Shown: positions 19,858 to 29,153 of the stretch, piece after piece
Position numbering within the stretch: the stretch's first letter is position 1
Layout of the letters: each line of letters starts with the position of its first letter
Assembly (NCBI GenBank): GCA_963662265.2
Contig: CAXXHA010000029.1
Coordinates: forward strand, 96,001-160,000
Origin: Spirochaetia bacterium
GTDB lineage: Bacteria; Spirochaetota; Spirochaetia; CADAEX01
Direction of reading: 5' to 3'
Length of the DNA stretch: 64,000 nt
Translations under genes and position numbers: made by a program
The notes under the pieces: model-generated
What the model saw: only the letters and a program-made list of their open reading frames with translations
Database searches by the model: none
What the model was told of the DNA's origin: nothing

Positions 19858-20409
19858 ATGAGTAAAAAAATATTAACTGTTCTGGCTGAAGGATTTGAAG
19901 AGATTGAAGCAGTAACACCTGTAGATCTTATGAAAAGGGCAGGTATTATTGTTGAGACAAGCGGAATAAAAGGTATTGATGTCTCAGGCTCTCATGATAT
20001 TTCTTTTATTGCAGATCATTCATTTGATGAAATATCTGATACCTATGATGGAATCTTTATTCCGGGGGGAATGCCCGGGTCCAGGAATATTGCAGAATGC
20101 AGGCCTGTAATGGAACTCATAAAAACAATGTATGGCGAAGGAAAGCTTGTATGTGCAATATGCGCAGCACCTGCTGTTGTACTTAATAAAACAGGAATTC
20201 TTGCAGGTAAAAAAGCTACATGCTATCCCGGTTTTGAAAAAGAGTTTGATGTAGATGTTGAATTTACCGAAGAGCGGGTCGTTGTGGACGGCAATGTAAT
20301 TACTTCCCGCGGCGCAGGTACTGCAGCGGATTTTTCACACGCTCTTATTGAGTATCTTATAGACAGGGAAACAGCAGACAAGGTACTTAAAGCGACCCTT
20401 TACATGTAG
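19858..20409 (+). CDS. DJ-1/PfpI (YajL/ThiJ) family protein
   Basis: GFEEIE, IPGGMPG, AICAAP (nucleophile Cys), ITSRGAGTA; start taken after GGGGG RBS. Confidence 0.92.
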   Translation: MSKKILTVLAEGFEEIEAVTPVDLMKRAGIIVETSGIKGIDVSGSHDISFIADHSFDEISDTYDGIFIPGGMPGSRNIAECRPVMELIKTMYGEGKLVCAICAAPAVVLNKTGILAGKKATCYPGFEKEFDVDVEFTEERVVVDGNVITSRGAGTAADFSHALIEYLIDRETADKVLKATLYM

Positions 20410-20522
20410 CAGTAATATTGGGGATAATTTCCCCGAAGATCTTTTTTTAAATATCAAAAGAGAACAATTTCATTGAAAAATGAAGATTGCAGATAAAATA
20501 TATTAAACAGATATATCCAATT

Positions 20523-20563
20523 AAAAACCGCTGAAACCTGAATGGAATCAGCGGTTTTATTTT
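20523..20563 (+). terminator. Intrinsic terminator after the DJ-1 gene
   Basis: AAAACCGCTGA...TCAGCGGTTTT followed by a T-rich tail. Confidence 0.75.
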
Positions 20564-20596
20564 ACCCTGTTTACAGCAGCAAACTTCAGGGAAGGC

Positions 20597-20633
20597 AAAA
20601 AAAACGCTGCAGCCTCAATGAGGAGCAGCGTTT
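20597..20633 (-). terminator. Intrinsic terminator for ackA
   Basis: AAACGCTGC...GCAGCGTTT stem with an A-run on the left (U-tail on the minus strand). Confidence 0.75.
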
Positions 20634-20685
20634 CCCGTATTGTGAAGTGTGCTTATTACACTAACAGTACAGATTAATCCATAAC

Positions 20686-22029
20686 TTAAGCTTTTTTACC
20701 TTTTACAGTAATATCTTTAAGACCTGGAAACTTTTTAACATCTTTAGCAGATGATTCAATTCGTGCATGATTTTCATATGCAGGATCCTGGAAACTGTAT
20801 TTGAAGTTTGTGTGTACATCATATGTTCCGTCAAGAAGAGCTTTTGTGTCTTCTGTCATTACAAGTTCTTCATCTGTGGGAATTACAAATACCTTGATTT
20901 TTGAATCAGGAGCTGTAATTTCTGTTTCGAGGTACTTGGACATTGAGTTTTTGTTTTTTTCCGGATCAATCTTGATTCCGAACTCTTCTAGTCCTTCAGT
21001 TGCAAGAAGCCTTGTAACAGGTCCTCTTTCACCAACACCTGCTGTAAATACAATAGCATCTACTCTGCCGAGTGCGAATGAGTAAGCACCGATGTATTTT
21101 CTGATTCTGTAAGATTCCATTTCCTGTGCCAGAATAGCTCTTTCATTGCCTTCTTCAGCAGCAATTTCAATGTCTCTTCTGTCAGTCCATTTTTCTGTAA
21201 TACCGAGAACGCCGCATTTTTTGTTGAGTGTAGTTTCCATTTCTGAAGGAGCCATTCCTGTTTTGTTCATCATGAAGAAAGGAATAGCAGGATCCATGTC
21301 GCCGCTTCGTGTTCCCATTACAAGACCTTCGAGAGGTGTGAGACCCATTGATGTGTCATAAGACTGACCGTTCTTAACTGCATTGATACTTGAACCGTTA
21401 CCGATGTGAGCAATAATAACATTTGTTTCAAATGGATCCTTGCCGAGAAGAGCAGCAGCTCTTTTTGCTGTGTAGAGGAATGAAGTTCCATGGAAACCAT
21501 ATCTTCTCACACCGTATTTCTTGTACCATTCATATGGTGTTGCATAAAGGAATGATTTGTTAGGCATTGTCTGGTGCCATGCAGTATCCATGATTGCACA
21601 GTGAGGTACATCTGGAAGTTCTGCCTGAGCAGCTTTGATACCTATGATGTTCGCAGGGTTGTGAAGAGGTGCAAGGTCAGAGATTTCTTCAAAGCTCTTG
21701 ATTACCTCATCATCAATAAGAACTGATTTGTTGAATTTTTCTCCGCCGTGTACAACTCTGTGACCAACAGCTTTAATATCGCTGATAGCATTGATTGCAG
21801 CAACTTCCTTATCAACAAGAGTATTCATAATCAGGTCGATTGCTTCTTTGTGAGTAGGACAGTCATGTTCAAGAACATATTCCTCTTTTCCTGGTGTCTG
21901 ATTTTTAATTACAGAATTTGCAGCTGCAATTCTTTCTACAATACCTGTTGCAAGGACAGCTTTTTTGTCCCAGTCATATACCTGGTATTTCAGTGATGAA
22001 CTACCGCAGTTTAATACGAGAATTATCAA
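20686..22029 (-). CDS. ackA: Acetate kinase
   Basis: LVLNCGSSSLK, GHRVVHGG, APLHNP, RRYGFHGTS, TSMGLTPLEG, IPTDEE; TTG start after GGAGG. Confidence 0.97.
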   Translation of the reverse strand: MIILVLNCGSSSLKYQVYDWDKKAVLATGIVERIAAANSVIKNQTPGKEEYVLEHDCPTHKEAIDLIMNTLVDKEVAAINAISDIKAVGHRVVHGGEKFNKSVLIDDEVIKSFEEISDLAPLHNPANIIGIKAAQAELPDVPHCAIMDTAWHQTMPNKSFLYATPYEWYKKYGVRRYGFHGTSFLYTAKRAAALLGKDPFETNVIIAHIGNGSSINAVKNGQSYDTSMGLTPLEGLVMGTRSGDMDPAIPFFMMNKTGMAPSEMETTLNKKCGVLGITEKWTDRRDIEIAAEEGNERAILAQEMESYRIRKYIGAYSFALGRVDAIVFTAGVGERGPVTRLLATEGLEEFGIKIDPEKNKNSMSKYLETEITAPDSKIKVFVIPTDEELVMTEDTKALLDGTYDVHTNFKYSFQDPAYENHARIESSAKDVKKFPGLKDITVKGKKA

Positions 22030-22226
22030 AATTTTCCTCCGGAAATTATTATATGTAAGGTTAATGTTACCTCTTTTAAACTAATTTATCATTAAATAGA
22101 AAAAAAAGACAATATTCATGATGCTTAAAAAGCTTATGCTGGTGTTAAAATTGCTTTTTTGTCTGATAAATACCCGGTTGAATTAATTGATGAAGTAGTT
22201 GATATCAATCACCGGTAAAGAGATAT

Positions 22227-23633
22227 GTGAAAATTAAATACTTTATAACAATACTTTTATTTACATTATCTGTTTCTGAAATCTGCGGACAGGAAAAAAT
22301 ATCATGCAATATCAGGACCAGCAATAATGCATTAACATGTTTAAAAGATGAAAAACCGGGAGAATTTTTAAGGGAAAGAGCATCTTTTGAAATTGAGGAA
22401 AATTATTCAAATATAACCGGCTATTCGGGAAAAATATCCTGTGATTATATGAAATACAGAATTACAGTCATGGATTTCAGGGATGATCCTTCAGGAAAAA
22501 AGGAGGATAAAACTGTTTACAGCTTCTACTCACCAGTAATTTCTGCAGGCCGTTTCAGAAAGAAAGGTTTGTACAGGGAAATAACAAATCCATCTTCATG
22601 GTATGCAGGTTCTGAAACTTATACTGACTTCTCTGAACTTGCAGAAGACTGTACTCTGAACAGAAACGGAAAATGGGGTATTATTCTATCGCCCTGTAAC
22701 AATATTACAGCATATGCATCTGCCGATGAGAATGATGATTACAGGATAATCGAAAAAGGGGGAGGCCTGTCTTTCTCTATGCCTGATGAAACTCATATTA
22801 CAGCTGTTATATCTGAATCAATTTATGATGAAACATCGGATGACAGCTGGTACAGAAACAGAAATTATCAGTACGGGTATAAAATATGCAACAGCGCTGT
22901 TCAGATATCCCGGAAAACAGGATTTTTAATCAATTCATTTTCAGCAGGTATATCGTATGGAAAATGTTTTAAAACCGGTAAATACTTTCGGTATCATCCT
23001 TCTGCAGACCTGGGTCCCCTGATGCTTTTCTTCCTTGTATCGTGGTCAGACTGCAGTTACAGAAAGCCATTCCGGGGTTATCCCTCTGTAAAGCTGAGGC
23101 GCGGATTTAAAGGGGAATATGAGGTATGTAAATATATCAATATTGAAGCTGGATATAATATTGATATTTACCACCCTGAATACCTTTCTGATATTAAAAA
23201 CAGGAAAGGAGAGAAAATGTTTGTAAAGATGGAATATGATAACGACCTGTTTGTTTTCTCCCCCTATGCAGAAAGGAATAACTGTATTGAAGCAGAGGAA
23301 TACATAAGCAAGGATTGTTTCGGATGCAGAACAGGTATAAGGGGGGATTTTATAGGGTTCGGTTTTAATCCTGAATACATTTACATGCAGAAAAAACCTG
23401 TATCGAGAAAAGCTGTATATGATTGTTATCTGACAGATGGAACAATTAAAGTTGATTTGTGCTGCCGGAGGACTGAGAATGAAAAAATTGAAAACCTTGT
23501 GAAGGGGAAGCTGAGTTTTACATCTGAAAAAATAAAAATATACTCAGCAGGTGAATATGAAACTGTTGATGAGAATGGGGTGAATCTGAAATCTGTTTTC
23601 CGCTTCTCAGCGGGGGGGGGACTGAACTGGTGA
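22227..23633 (+). CDS. Hypothetical exported protein, possible outer-membrane beta-barrel
   Basis: Signal peptide, alternating aromatic/polar strands, C-terminal 'FRFSAGGGLNW'. Confidence 0.5.
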   Translation: MKIKYFITILLFTLSVSEICGQEKISCNIRTSNNALTCLKDEKPGEFLRERASFEIEENYSNITGYSGKISCDYMKYRITVMDFRDDPSGKKEDKTVYSFYSPVISAGRFRKKGLYREITNPSSWYAGSETYTDFSELAEDCTLNRNGKWGIILSPCNNITAYASADENDDYRIIEKGGGLSFSMPDETHITAVISESIYDETSDDSWYRNRNYQYGYKICNSAVQISRKTGFLINSFSAGISYGKCFKTGKYFRYHPSADLGPLMLFFLVSWSDCSYRKPFRGYPSVKLRRGFKGEYEVCKYINIEAGYNIDIYHPEYLSDIKNRKGEKMFVKMEYDNDLFVFSPYAERNNCIEAEEYISKDCFGCRTGIRGDFIGFGFNPEYIYMQKKPVSRKAVYDCYLTDGTIKVDLCCRRTENEKIENLVKGKLSFTSEKIKIYSAGEYETVDENGVNLKSVFRFSAGGGLNW

Positions 23634-24980
23634 TTATATATTCAGAAAGAATTTTGCTGATTCAAAATAAATTGTCAGACCGAATATATCGATTACTGTA
23701 GCCATTAGAGGCCCGGACATTACAGTAGGATCATATCCCATCCTGTGAATAAGAAGAGGTGCAAGCGCCCCTACAAGGCTTGAGAATATAACAACAAAGC
23801 ACAATGATATTGATATTGCTGCTGCCTGAAAAAGCTGTATACCCGGCGGCAGAAACATTCCCCTTGCCAGAATCACAAGTCCTGTTCCGAGTCCCATAAT
23901 AAGCCCTACAGATATCTCCTTAAGCATTATTACCCATATATCCTTGAAATGGATCTCTTCAGTCGCAAGCCCCCTGATCATCAGGGTTGATGACTGGTTT
24001 CCGGAATTACCACCTGTCTGGGTAATGACAGGCATAAACATGAAAAGAAAGGCAGCGCCGATAATAATATCTTCATAGTGATGAAGCACATTTGTAGTTA
24101 TTGTTCCGAAAAGGAGGAGTATTATCAGCCACGGTATCCTCTTTTTCACGAGACCTATTATTGATGTTTCAAGGTAGGGGAGTGAATCTCCGCCCATGGC
24201 TCCCATTTTATAGAGGTCCTCTGTCTGTTCCTCCCTGATTACATCAATTACATCATCAAAAGTAATAATACCCAGAAGTACATTGTTTTCATCAACTACC
24301 GGCATGGCAAGCAGGTTATAGGTTTCAAGTGTTTTTGCTACCTCTTCCTGGTCAGTTTCTTCACGTACAGAAATTATATCCCTCTCCATGATATCTGCAA
24401 TAAGCTGATCATCTTCCGATGCAAGGATTTCCCTTAGCGAAACAACGCCTATCAGCCTTTTGAGCTGGTCCACTACATAGAAGTAGTAGACAGTTTCTAT
24501 CTCTTCCATTCCCGAACGGACAAAGTTAAGTGCCTGTTTGACTTTTATAGTGGGTTTTATTGCAATATAACGGGGGGTCATCAGACCTGCAGCATCATCT
24601 TCATCAAACCTCAACAGGAAGAGGGACTCTTTTTTTGCCTCATTGGAAAGGTTTTCCCAGACAGATTTTCTGACATCAGATGAAACAGACTGTATAAAGT
24701 CTACAAGGTCATCAGGTTCCATTTCATTTAAAAGCTGCTTGATTGATTCTTCTGTCAGTTCCTCGAGAATTCTTTCCTGTTCCTTGTAGGAGAGAGCGTT
24801 AATAAGGTCAACTTTCATCTCAAGGTTCAGGTTTTTAAATACAACAATGGATTCCTCGTCACTGAAATTATCCCAGTTTTCAATAAGATCCTGGAGAGAC
24901 CATTCCTCCAGAAGGTTTTTGATCTCGTCCGGTTTGAGGAGATTAATGTATTCTTTAATATTCTGAATCTTGTTTATCAT
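23634..24980 (-). CDS. mgtE: Magnesium transporter MgtE
   Basis: MgtE-N plus CBS pair (AAGLMT), RIPWL, TGGNSGNQ, DPTVMSGPLMATVID. Confidence 0.96.
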   Translation of the reverse strand: MINKIQNIKEYINLLKPDEIKNLLEEWSLQDLIENWDNFSDEESIVVFKNLNLEMKVDLINALSYKEQERILEELTEESIKQLLNEMEPDDLVDFIQSVSSDVRKSVWENLSNEAKKESLFLLRFDEDDAAGLMTPRYIAIKPTIKVKQALNFVRSGMEEIETVYYFYVVDQLKRLIGVVSLREILASEDDQLIADIMERDIISVREETDQEEVAKTLETYNLLAMPVVDENNVLLGIITFDDVIDVIREEQTEDLYKMGAMGGDSLPYLETSIIGLVKKRIPWLIILLLFGTITTNVLHHYEDIIIGAAFLFMFMPVITQTGGNSGNQSSTLMIRGLATEEIHFKDIWVIMLKEISVGLIMGLGTGLVILARGMFLPPGIQLFQAAAISISLCFVVIFSSLVGALAPLLIHRMGYDPTVMSGPLMATVIDIFGLTIYFESAKFFLNI

Positions 24981-25981
24981 TTTACCTCCTCATCAACATA
25001 AATCACTTCTCTTTCAAGCTGAAATCCGTAAGTGTTGAAAACCCTGTCTGATACATAATCTATAAGCTTTTTTATGTCCTTTGCTGATGCATTTCCCTTG
25101 TTGACAATAATATTTGCGTGTTTTTCCGATACTGCCGCGTCTCCTACAGAATAACCCCGGAGTCCGAGCCTGTCGATTATCCTGCCTGTCGGTTCGCCGA
25201 AATCCCTGTTATTCTTGAAAACCGAACCTGCACATGGATAAAGGTAATGCCCTTTAGACTTTCTTTCCTCTTTATATGAAAACATTTTTTCGCTGAGGTC
25301 AGGTGATGATGATTTTTTCAGAGAAAACAGGGCATCTGTTATTATAACATTTTTATTCTGAAACGGGGATTTTTTATAGGCAAAGTCATTGCTGCAGAAT
25401 AAATATTCCTTCTTATAAGAATTTTCATCAATATAGCACACAGTCTTAATTCTTTCTGATATTGATACTCCGTAGCACCTTGCATTCATATATATACTGC
25501 CGCCCACAAAACCGGGCATGCCGTAGAAATTCTCAAGACCCTCAAGACCTTTCAGAGTACAGAGTTTTGCAAGACTGCTTATCCTGACACCTGCAGCTGC
25601 TCTGATTACAACTTCATCATTCTTAAGGCTGTCTGCCTGATGTGATGACTCTTCTGAAGTCTCAGGGCTGAAATCACTTTCACGTTTTTCCCCTGGCCTG
25701 GTTATAATATCAAAGGAATTCAAAAGCGAAGTATCAAGAATTATACCCCTGTATCCCCTGTCAGAAAAAAGAATGTTTGCTCCCTCTCCAAGCGGGTACA
25801 GCGGTATATTTTCACAATCAGTAATTTTTTTGATATGAATTATATCTTCAGATGATTTTACCCTTACATATGCATCTGCATTTCCCCCGATTTTAAAGGT
25901 TGAATGCTCTGATAAAGGTTCATCAAAGAGGATTTCACTGTCAATATTGATTTTATTGAATAATTTTCGTAAACTTTTCAC
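24977..25981 (-). CDS. murB: UDP-N-acetylenolpyruvoylglucosamine reductase
   Basis: HSTFKIGGNA, LGEGANIL, GMPGFVGGSIYMNA, AGSVFKN, HANIIVN. Confidence 0.95.
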   Translation of the reverse strand: MKSLRKLFNKINIDSEILFDEPLSEHSTFKIGGNADAYVRVKSSEDIIHIKKITDCENIPLYPLGEGANILFSDRGYRGIILDTSLLNSFDIITRPGEKRESDFSPETSEESSHQADSLKNDEVVIRAAAGVRISSLAKLCTLKGLEGLENFYGMPGFVGGSIYMNARCYGVSISERIKTVCYIDENSYKKEYLFCSNDFAYKKSPFQNKNVIITDALFSLKKSSSPDLSEKMFSYKEERKSKGHYLYPCAGSVFKNNRDFGEPTGRIIDRLGLRGYSVGDAAVSEKHANIIVNKGNASAKDIKKLIDYVSDRVFNTYGFQLEREVIYVDEEVK

Positions 25982-26059
25982 ATTGCTAATGATACTTATT
26001 AATAAAATAAGTTTCCATATATTATTTTAATTATCTTGATTTTTACAGGGAGTTTTTAA

Positions 26060-27475
26060 GTGGCTTTAAAACTATACAATACTATGGGCAGATCAATGCA
26101 GGATTTCAAACCTATCGATGAATCAGAAGTGGGACTCTACGGATGCGGACCGACTGTCTATAACTACGCTCATATAGGAAACCTTAAAACTTATGTTTTT
26201 GAAGATCTTTTAAGAAGGACTCTCGAATACCTTGGTTACAATGTCAAACATGTTATGAATATAACAGATGTCGGGCACCTTACTGATGATGCTGATGACG
26301 GTGAGGACAAAATGGAAAAAAGCGCACGTGAAACAGGCAGGACTGTCTGGGAAATTGCAGAGTTTTTTACCAGGGCTTTCTTTGATGATACAAAAAAACT
26401 CAATATTCTCACTCCCCATGTAAGCTGTAAGGCAACTGAACATATTCAGGATATGATTGATCTTATCAAGACTCTTGAAGACAGGGGATTTACCTATGAA
26501 GCAGGTGGAAATATCTATTTTTCCATTGACAAGTTTCCCGATTACGGAAAACTGGCACTCCTTGACAGGCAGAAGCTTTCTGCAGGTGCAAGAATAGAAG
26601 TTGACAGCAACAAGAAGAATCCCCATGACTTTGTACTCTGGTTTACAAATTCGAAATTTGAAAATCACGCAATGCTCTGGGACTCTCCATGGGGGAAGGG
26701 ATATCCAGGCTGGCACATTGAATGCAGTGCTATGAGCAGAAGATATCTGGGGGATCAGTTTGATATACACTGCGGCGGCATTGACCATGTAAATATCCAT
26801 CATACAAATGAAATAGCACAGACAGAGGCTGCTACAGGTAAGAAATGGGTTAATTACTGGCTTCACGGGGAGTTTCTGGTAATGAACAAGGCAAAAATGG
26901 CAAAATCTGCAGGTAATTTTCTCACACTTGCTGTTCTTGAGGAAAAGGGATATAACCCCCTCGATTACAGATATTTCTGCCTGGGCGGTCATTACAGAAG
27001 CCAGCTCCAGTTCAGCTGGGAGTCGCTTGACAGTGCAAAGACTGCCAGAAACAACCTTGTAGAGAAGGTGAGAAATCTGCTTGAAAAAGGAAAGAAAGCA
27101 GATATATCAAATATAGGCAGTGCGGCGGGAAAATATTGTGAGGATTTCAGAAACAGTATTAATGATGATCTGAACCTGCCGAAAGCTCTTGCTGTTGTAT
27201 GGACACTTTTAAAGGACAAAGAGATATCAGAAGATGAAAAACTCACTCTGATTCTTGATTTTGACCGTGTTCTGGGGCTTGATCTTGAGAATACAGCATC
27301 TGCCGAAGAAAAGGCTGATGATGTGGATCAGAAAGTTCTTGATCTTATTGAAGAACGAGCCGAAGCAAGAAAAAACAGGGATTTTGCGAAGTCAGATGAA
27401 ATCAGAGATACGCTGAAAGAGATGGGTATTGAGATAAAAGACACTGCTGACGGAACAAAATGGAAAAAAATGTAA
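26060..27475 (+). CDS. cysS: Cysteinyl-tRNA synthetase
   Basis: CGPTVY, HIGN, PGWHIECSAM, KMAKS. Confidence 0.98.
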   Translation: MALKLYNTMGRSMQDFKPIDESEVGLYGCGPTVYNYAHIGNLKTYVFEDLLRRTLEYLGYNVKHVMNITDVGHLTDDADDGEDKMEKSARETGRTVWEIAEFFTRAFFDDTKKLNILTPHVSCKATEHIQDMIDLIKTLEDRGFTYEAGGNIYFSIDKFPDYGKLALLDRQKLSAGARIEVDSNKKNPHDFVLWFTNSKFENHAMLWDSPWGKGYPGWHIECSAMSRRYLGDQFDIHCGGIDHVNIHHTNEIAQTEAATGKKWVNYWLHGEFLVMNKAKMAKSAGNFLTLAVLEEKGYNPLDYRYFCLGGHYRSQLQFSWESLDSAKTARNNLVEKVRNLLEKGKKADISNIGSAAGKYCEDFRNSINDDLNLPKALAVVWTLLKDKEISEDEKLTLILDFDRVLGLDLENTASAEEKADDVDQKVLDLIEERAEARKNRDFAKSDEIRDTLKEMGIEIKDTADGTKWKKM

Positions 27476-27497
27476 CTTAAACAGTTTGAAGTTGTTT
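27471..27497 (+). promoter_or_regulatory. ECF-type promoter, probably autoregulatory and leaderless
   Basis: TGTAAC(27471-27476)-16 nt-TGTTT(27493-27497), 5 nt before the sigma ATG; overlaps the cysS stop codon. Confidence 0.5.
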
Positions 27498-27502
27498 ACT
27501 AT

Positions 27503-28027
27503 ATGAAAAAATTGGATGATACGCAGTCATTTGAGCAGCTGTACAATGAAGTTTTTCCGATTGTATACCGGGTTTCCTATCATATCACAGGGGATTCGGG
27601 TGCTGCTGAAGATATCTGCCAGGAAGCATTTATAAAATATTACAACAGGCCTGTGCCGCTGCCCTCAATGAATGATGCTAAATACTGGCTTATCAGGGTG
27701 GTTAAAAATTTATCATTCAATTACGGGAAAAGAGAAAAGAGAAAACTTAAAGTTTTTGACAAAATAAAAAATGAACCCTATTATTCTGATGAAACAGGGG
27801 AAAAGGAAATTTTAAAGAAAGAAACTAAAGAGACAGTGAACAGACTTCTTGAACAACTGCCTGAAAAATTAAAAGCTCCTCTTGTACTGCGTGAATTCAG
27901 CGGTCTTAATTATAAAGAAATATCAAAAGTGCTTGGAATCAGTGAAAGTAATGTTAAAGTGCGTATATTCAGAGCACGGGAGAATATTCAAAAGATGATT
28001 GATAAAGGAGATATATATGTGCCCTGA
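27503..28027 (+). CDS. ECF RNA polymerase sigma factor
   Basis: AEDICQEAF, WLIRVVKN region 2; LREFSGLNYKEIS..LGISESNVKVRIFRAR region 4. Confidence 0.95.
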   Translation: MKKLDDTQSFEQLYNEVFPIVYRVSYHITGDSGAAEDICQEAFIKYYNRPVPLPSMNDAKYWLIRVVKNLSFNYGKREKRKLKVFDKIKNEPYYSDETGEKEILKKETKETVNRLLEQLPEKLKAPLVLREFSGLNYKEISKVLGISESNVKVRIFRARENIQKMIDKGDIYVP

Positions 28028-28538
28028 CCGGGAAACTCTTTCTGCCTTTTATGACAATGAAGTTGAGGGGAAATTCAGCATTACAATAGAAAATCACATT
28101 GAGGAATGCAATAAATGCCGGAAGGACCTGTCAGTAATGGAATCTGCCAGCACTCTTTTCAGCAATGCTCTTGATGAGAAAGATATACCTGTAAAAGCTG
28201 TCTGGGGAAATATTCAGAGTGAACTTGACAGGAAAAACAGACCAGATATCTGGCACAGGAAAATAAATATTCCGCTTCCTCTTCTGGCAGCTGCATCATT
28301 TCTGGTTATTATGATAACAGCTCTTCTTTCAACACTGTTATTTAATTCCTACGGAAATGACTACAGAAATTTTACTGTATCAGAAGCTGTAAATATAAAT
28401 AATGATAATCAGTATCATATTCTGAACAATGATCAGACTGTTCAGGTGGAACTTCAGCTTCCAGCTGATGCTTTTTTTCAGATCAGCGGTACTCCGCAGC
28501 TGATAAGGAAAGTTGATTATCTTCAGGCTAATGAATAA
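28017..28538 (+). CDS. Zinc-binding (ZAS/zf-HC2) membrane anti-sigma factor
   Basis: MCPD..LSAFYD..HIEECNKC (HxxxCxxC), one TM helix; AAGGAG RBS; overlaps the sigma gene end. Confidence 0.88.
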   Translation: MCPDRETLSAFYDNEVEGKFSITIENHIEECNKCRKDLSVMESASTLFSNALDEKDIPVKAVWGNIQSELDRKNRPDIWHRKINIPLPLLAAASFLVIMITALLSTLLFNSYGNDYRNFTVSEAVNINNDNQYHILNNDQTVQVELQLPADAFFQISGTPQLIRKVDYLQANE

Positions 28539-28553
28539 CAGGATCTGTTTGAA

Positions 28554-29153
28554 ATGATTAAGCGTGCTTTTCTTATAACTTTTATTCAGCTGGCAGTTTT
28601 ATCAGTTATAACTGCTGAAGATATTGTTTCTGAAAAAATTAATCTGCAGCAGAATAATTCTACAACCATTATTTCAGAAGGTTCAGATAAATCCGGAAAA
28701 GAAACAGAACAGAAAAATACAGAAAGGTTTTATGATATAAAAATAAACCTTAAGATACTTGATGATGAAAAAAAGGAACTGGTAAATACTGACTGGAAAC
28801 TTTCAACACTTTCAGGCAAACCTGTGTCAATTCATCTGAAAGGAAATAATTTATATATTAAAGCTGACATGACTCCATATTATGCTGACAGGAAATCAAT
28901 ACTTCTCTTGACACAGGCAAATGTTAAACTGAAACCTGTTGATTCAGAGGTCAGCAAGTTTTATTCAACTGTAAATTCACTGCCGATTAAACTGGGAGAG
29001 AAGGCGTTATTTTTCCCTCTTGGCCTTTTAAATGAAAAAATGGAAAATATTTCCTCCTGTGTACTTGAAATTGAAGTCCAGCCTTATGATAATATCGAAA
29101 GCATAAATGAACCGGGGAGTGAACAGGTTGGGAAAACAATTAAAAAAGAATAA
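28554..29153 (+). CDS. Exported hypothetical protein in the ECF operon
   Basis: Signal peptide, beta-rich domain, co-oriented within the operon. Confidence 0.65.
   Translation: MIKRAFLITFIQLAVLSVITAEDIVSEKINLQQNNSTTIISEGSDKSGKETEQKNTERFYDIKINLKILDDEKKELVNTDWKLSTLSGKPVSIHLKGNNLYIKADMTPYYADRKSILLLTQANVKLKPVDSEVSKFYSTVNSLPIKLGEKALFFPLGLLNEKMENISSCVLEIEVQPYDNIESINEPGSEQVGKTIKKE

Noticed and set aside
26210-26992. 260-aa antisense ORF within cysS, and other antisense ORFs in recG, dnaE, valS and the ABC genes
   Set aside because: Shadow ORFs opposite well-conserved genes, with no motifs or RBS
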